Positions 58,357 through 64,000 of a stretch of DNA of 64,000 nucleotides are shown piece after piece. Each line of letters starts with the position of its first letter. Position 1 is the stretch's first letter. The position numbers and the translations under genes were made by a program. The notes beneath the pieces were generated by a model. It was not told the DNA's origin. It did not search any database and saw only the letters and a program-made list of their open reading frames with translations. Source of the stretch: Eledone cirrhosa (Eukaryota); contig OZ024745.1 in assembly GCA_964016885.1 (NCBI GenBank), positions 129,270,001 to 129,334,000 on the forward strand. The letters are read 5' to 3'.

Positions 58357-58730
58357 TATGAAATCACACATTGTTATACAGCTTGCACTTGTTACAACCG
58401 ATGAATGTAAAAAGTCTTTGATGTGCACTTGAAGTGTTTGCCTTATAATATGCACTATCAGACCTTGCACATTGCCTTTCATCTATTAAACGCTGCACAT
58501 TTATTGGCTTGTTGAGGTTGCAACGTAAGGTGCAAGTTACAGCAGCATTTGCATTGCTAATATGGGGGAATATGTATATATCTATCATGTCAACGTTGAA
58601 TTATGCACTATGTATGTATGTATGTATGTATGTATGTATGTATGTATGTATGTATGTATGTATGAGTGTGTGTGCGCGTGAGTGTAAATTTACATAAATA
58701 TAGACAAATATATAGATACACACACACACT

Positions 58731-58766
<36 letters not shown>

Positions 58767-58920
58767 CGCATATATTATACACACAGATATATATATGTAT
58801 ATGCATGCATACACACACACACACACTCACATATATATATATATGCCTATATATATAAGCATGTATTATACACTTATATATATATATATATATATATATA
58901 AGTGAATATATATATAAGTG

Positions 58921-58964
<44 letters not shown>

Positions 58965-59292
58965 AGTGTGTGTGTGTTTATACATGCATGCGCTTATATG
59001 CGCTTATATTATACGAGTACTCATGTATATATACGTTCATACATGCATATATACAAACGCAAACACACACGTATATATGCAAAAATGTGTATGTATACAA
59101 ACATTTGTATACATATAAGTATATGTGTATGTTTACGTATGCGTGTTGTGCATATGCCTGAATATATGTGTATGTGTGTGTCACTATGTGTATCTATGTG
59201 TTAGCTTTTACTGTGCACACATCAGAAGGGCGGTCTGAGTAAGTTAATATATGATGCCGCATAAAGCACATTAAGAATCGCTTTACATATAC

Positions 59293-59633
59293 ACGTCCCT
59301 TTATGGTTTGAGTTCAAATCCCGCCAAGGTTAACTTTGCCTTTCATCCTTACGGGGTCGATAAAATGAAGTACCAGTAATACACTGGGTTAATTGCTGGC
59401 CTTGTGCCAAAAGTACAAACAATATGTACATACATTAATACATACAGGGCGGTGAATTGGCAGTATCGGTAGAGTGTTGGCGCCATGCTTTCTAGCATAG
59501 TTACGTCCCTTAACGGTCTGAGTTCAAATCCCGCCGAGGTTAACTTTGCCTTTCATCCTTACGGGGTCGATAAAATAAAGTACCAGTAATGTACTGGTTA
59601 ATTGCTGGCCTTGTACCTAAAGTAGAAACAATT
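59293..59633 (+). mobile_element. SINE family 1, two tandem copies
   Basis: Core and tail twice. Confidence 0.9.
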
Positions 59634-59667
59634 AATACATACATCAATAATACATACATACATCAAT

Positions 59668-59908
59668 ACATGGTGGCTACCAACTCGTTTTCGAGTACGG
59701 CCACTACTTTATATCCATGTAGGAGAACCCCTACCGATGCGCTGAACGAGTGTGACTTTTTAGTTCAGCCAGCGACTTGAAAACTCTGGTACAAACACTA
59801 CACTTGTGACAATTATTGACACATAGTGCTGGGACATGGTACCATGTGACGACAAGTGCAGAGAGATCTCCAGATATAAAGCCATGCCTGTGCCGTGAAG
59901 CCTTTATA
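59668..59908 (-). mobile_element. RTE-like 3' end with C2H2 finger (copy of 30796-31033)
   Basis: Same sequence in reverse; flanked by a TACATACATCAATA(A) duplication. Confidence 0.75.
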
Positions 59909-59937
59909 CATACATCAATAATACATACATCCATTCT

Positions 59938-60146
59938 ACGGAACAGCCTGCGCGTGAAAATAACGTGCAAGTGGCTGAGCATTCATCAGACACGTGTACC
60001 CTTAACGTAGTTCTCAGGGAGATTCAGCGTGACATAGAATCTGACAAGACTGGCCCTTCCTATTACATATTTGCCAGCTGAGTGGACAGGAGCAACGTGA
60101 AATAAATTGTCTTGCTCAAGGACATAATGTACCACCGGGAATCGAA
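59938..60146 (-). mobile_element. SINE family 3 fragment
   Basis: Homologous to 8458-8676. Confidence 0.8.
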
Positions 60147-60229
60147 CATACATACACACATGATGGCAGCCACCTCGTTCCCGAATATGGTCATTGCACG
60201 ATATAAAATTATTAATAATTATTAAATTT

Positions 60230-60760
60230 ACAGTATCGGTAGAGGGTCGGACGCCATGCTTTGCAGCATAGAGTTACGGCTCTTTATGATCTGAGCTCAA
60301 ATCCAGCTGAGGTTAACTTTGCCTTTCATCCCTATGGGGTCGATAAAATAAAGTACCAGTCACGCACTGGGGTCGATTTAATCGACTCCTCCCCCAAATT
60401 ACTGGCCTTGTGCCTATATAAGAAACCATTATTAATAATTATTAAATTTACAGTATCGGTAGAGGGTCGAACGCCATGTTATGGCGGTGGATTGGCAGTA
60501 TCGGTAGAGGGTCGAACGCCATGTTATGGCGGTGGATTGGCAGTATCGGTAGAGGGTCGGACGCCATGTTATGGCGGTGGATTGGCAGTATCGGTAGAGG
60601 GTCGGACGCCATGCTTTCCAGCATAGTTACGTCTCTTTATGATCTGAGTTCAAATCCCGCCGAGGTTAACTTTGTCTTTCATCCTTACGGGGTCGATAAA
60701 ATAAAGTACCAGTAATGCACTGGAGTAATTGCTGGCCTTGTGCCAAAAGTAGAAACAATT
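60230..60760 (+). mobile_element. SINE family 1, two copies; the second has a tandemly amplified 45-bp head
   Basis: CAGTATCGGTAGAGGGTCG(A/G)ACGCCATG at 60451, 60496, 60541 and 60586. Confidence 0.9.
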
Positions 60761-61315
60761 AATTAAAGCTATCGTGCAATGCCTGTGTGTGACGATTTTT
60801 TAAAAAGTGAAGAAAGACTGTGCACTGAGCCAATCCCACTTTCTGAGCGACAGTAGCTATAACATAAATACATATCAAAAGCATCCACAATAAAACCGTA
60901 ATAACAACAACATAAATATTCCGCAAACATTTCCAAATGGTTTTTGAGTAAAATTTACTAACGTGTTCGATATTCCTGAATATATTATGTGGAATTTTAT
61001 GTAATCCAAAATTCTATGTAATATAATGTAGGTAAATATATTTAGTGTGAAAAATAATGTAGGTTTGAAGAATTTATGTCGAGCTGGAGAATGAAATAGC
61101 AACAAACAAATACATTTAACAGCCACTTACATATACATCTTCTGAAGATCCCGTTAAGGGTGAAAGCAGCGATTCTTTGCTTAAACTTTAATCTGTTATT
61201 TTAATAAATATTTGCTCTCGGGTTCTTATATATTTGATATATATTTATTCTTATCGAGCCCTCTTTGGATTTTAGTCTTCAAATTTATTATTATTACTAT
61301 ATATATATATATATT

Positions 61316-61862
61316 AAAGGTAACCATAGTGAGTACAGTGAATTTTTTGAAATTTATTTTGAAACTTTTTCTTATTTGCTAAATTTTGATTATATATTTC
61401 TGGCTCGTTAATTTATTAACTAGCCATTGAACCACATTGGCTGGACAATACATGTGTCCCTGGATGCTTTTTGCGTGTAGGGATATATACTTTATTATTA
61501 TTCTCCTCTTGGTCGAGATAAAATTTGGTCGTTTTGACTGCTGCTATTTATAGTGGTAGTAGATTGACCTCCCTGTCTCTGCCTACTATCTTTATACACG
61601 GCACTGGACAGAATTGCTTCCACATCATTCATTCTCATCCCGGGAAACAATTTTGAATAGCGCCAGTTCGTAATTTGAACTCGGGAATTTTATATTCTCC
61701 GAGTGAAAAGAACCTTCTGACGAGAGTTTATCTTTAAAATGGAAGGCCGCAAGGACTGTCCATTTATTTTTGAGACTCGAAACCGATTCGGTAAAGGTAA
61801 CCATAGTGAGTACAGTGAATTTTTTGAAATTTATTTTGAAACTTTTTCTTATTTGCTAAACC

Positions 61863-61870
<8 letters not shown>
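61316..61870 (+). mobile_element. Retrozyme-like element: 477-nt monomer plus ~77-nt terminal direct repeat
   Basis: AAAGGTAACCATAGTGAGTACAGTG... at 61316 and 61793; (TA)n flanks; no coding capacity. Confidence 0.85.
61712..61798 (+). ncRNA. Type I hammerhead ribozyme motif (family G)
   Basis: ACCTT CTGACGA GAGT..ACTC GAAAC CGATTCG GTA AAGGT; stem I ACCTT/AAGGT perfect. Confidence 0.82.
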
Positions 61871-61934
<64 letters not shown>

Positions 61935-62029
61935 GTGGAACACTGGAAGGTAATATCCGTAATGGTAGAACACTCAGTCCAAGGGACGAGTTAGGTAGAA
62001 GTGGTTACACAACTGTTAGTTCACCATAC

Positions 62030-62067
62030 CGAGAACAATTGTTTCACCTTAGCGGATCTTCAGCTCG
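62030..62067 (-). ncRNA. Type I hammerhead ribozyme motif (family H), in element ~61931-62104
   Basis: Reverse complement CGAG CTGAAGA TCC GCTAA GGT GAAAC AATT GTT CTCG; palindromic stem III AACAATTGTT. Confidence 0.78.
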
Positions 62068-62103
62068 TAATGGGCATGGTTATAGGAACAGGAAGGACAA
62101 CCG

Positions 62104-62138
<35 letters not shown>

Positions 62139-62547
62139 TAATATATATATATATTAGGATTGGTGCTCTGAAATAACGATGCATACATCAATGTATGTAT
62201 AGTATATTTGGCGTATGTTTAATTAAAAACATTAGAATGTTTTAATTAAACATACAGTATATTGCCAAATATACTATACATACGTTAATATGTGGTAGAA
62301 ATTCTTAGATGAAAAATCAAAGAAAACAGCGTTCAATCTGTTGCAAGAGAGCTAATTTAGTATTAAAGAAGTGTCATATACTTAACATATATGTGGGACC
62401 ATTGATTTTGGGGTCCAGTGATGGCCACCACTGTCTATTGGAGGAGGCACTTTTAAACTGGCCCTTCATTCCGGCACTTGGACGAATATATAAACTTTGT
62501 TTATACTAAATATATATATATATACACATATATATATATATATACAC

Positions 62548-62623
<76 letters not shown>

Positions 62624-62636
62624 ACACATACACACA

Positions 62637-62763
<127 letters not shown>

Positions 62764-62789
62764 GAAAATGTATCTGTTTACAATAATTG

Positions 62790-63920
62790 ATATAAATTAT
62801 ATATATATGAAAATGATCCTTTTACAATAATTGATATAAAACATTAATTTTTAACAATATTTTCAGTAACTTATTTACTATATTGTATTATTGTATTATA
62901 TTATGTATATTTGAAAGGTATCACCTTAAGTCTTTAGACAATACAATCCTTGTATATTTTTTTTATTAACACATATATGTAATTGAAAATTCAGACCTCT
63001 TTATGCTTAATTATAAGGCCTGTTGATCCTTTAGGCACTCAAATTGTTAATCATAAATTCTTTAATAATTATAACTGTAATTTATTTTATAAATTATATT
63101 ATATAAACTGTTGTCAATATTATAAATAATTTTGATAAAGTTTACCTTCGTGAGGTTGTAAAAACATTGTTTTATTTCTCGTGTTTGTAAATCCTTTAAA
63201 TTTGATTTCATAAAATTTGAATTTTAGAAATTAAACTTGATAGTATACTTTAATATTAATACAGATACCTATTAACTTTTAAAACCTTAAATATTATTCA
63301 TTACTCTGAACTTAAATTAAATATTTTGAATATTAATGGTCAACCAAATAAGTTTAGATATATATTGTATATATGGATAATTGTCTATAAACTTGAACAT
63401 AAATTATTCCCCTTTGTTTCTCTCTCCCTGTAATCAACTCTCTGTTGTTTTTCCAGGCCCCTACTAACTATATAATCCATTAGCTGTTTTTTCCTCTATG
63501 CTTTCCTTTCTTTCCCCTTTCTTCATAATTTAAATCTTTTTAACAGTTATATTGATGCTATGTATTTTTTAAGCTGCCTCACAGGCACCCTCTCTATTGT
63601 ATGTATTATATATTTTTCTCATGTTCTCAATATGAAGGTATATAAATATTGAGTTTTGTCATATATTACTCACTACCATGACTGAATTTTAGCCATCTAC
63701 TATGTCAGGGTATGACATTTTATCTGATGAGGACGTACTGTTGAACTTAACTCAGTACCTCTGAAATATGTATAATAAAATATACTTGATCACAAGAATA
63801 TCTATTTTGTTAATATTTTGAATTAATATTAATAACTCTGGAAAACCAATTCCTGTTTAGTGCTTCCAATCTATTGTAAAACTCATTCTTTGATTTATTC
63901 ATTGAACGTTGTTTAACTTT

Positions 63921-63922
<2 letters not shown>
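62790..63922 (+). mobile_element. PLE family A 3' region with hammerhead motif at 63717-63781
   Basis: ATTTTAT CTGATGA GGACGTACTG..CAGTACCTCT GAAA TATGTA TA ATAAAAT; homologous to 3930-4100(-), 13200-13430(-), 20222 and 41720. Confidence 0.8.

Positions 63923-64000
<78 letters not shown>

Noticed and set aside
56884-58482. Poly-Thr / poly-Pro / poly-Gly ORFs (also 39046-40250 and 61-660)
   Set aside because: Triplet microsatellites that lack stop codons by composition

Overview
Eukaryotic, AT-rich, microsatellite-saturated DNA with no recognisable host protein-coding exon. The dominant SINE and the repeat landscape resemble an octopod cephalopod genome; this is inference from recalled sequence, not a database result. 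Most long ORFs in the track are simple-repeat artefacts. Real content: (1) about 27 copies of one tRNA-derived SINE plus two minor SINE families; (2) 3' fragments of RTE-clade and R4/Dong-like (RLE-endonuclease) LINEs sitting in specific microsatellites; (3) decayed Penelope-like element (PLE) RT and GIY-YIG remnants; (4) two hAT-type MITEs, one inflated to 3.2 kb by internal minisatellites; (5) a 5'-truncated U2 snRNA pseudogene. The most striking signal is a dense population of short non-coding elements embedded in (TA)n tracts. They carry at least 13 readable minimal type-I hammerhead ribozyme motifs (CUGANGA...GAAA..NUH, often with a palindromic stem III), from about 8 sequence families, and are often arranged as fold-back palindromes or as a monomer plus a short terminal direct repeat. 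This looks like a TA-targeting, PLE-mobilised retrozyme-like system. All alignments and folds were done by eye, so coordinates are approximate to a few bases.
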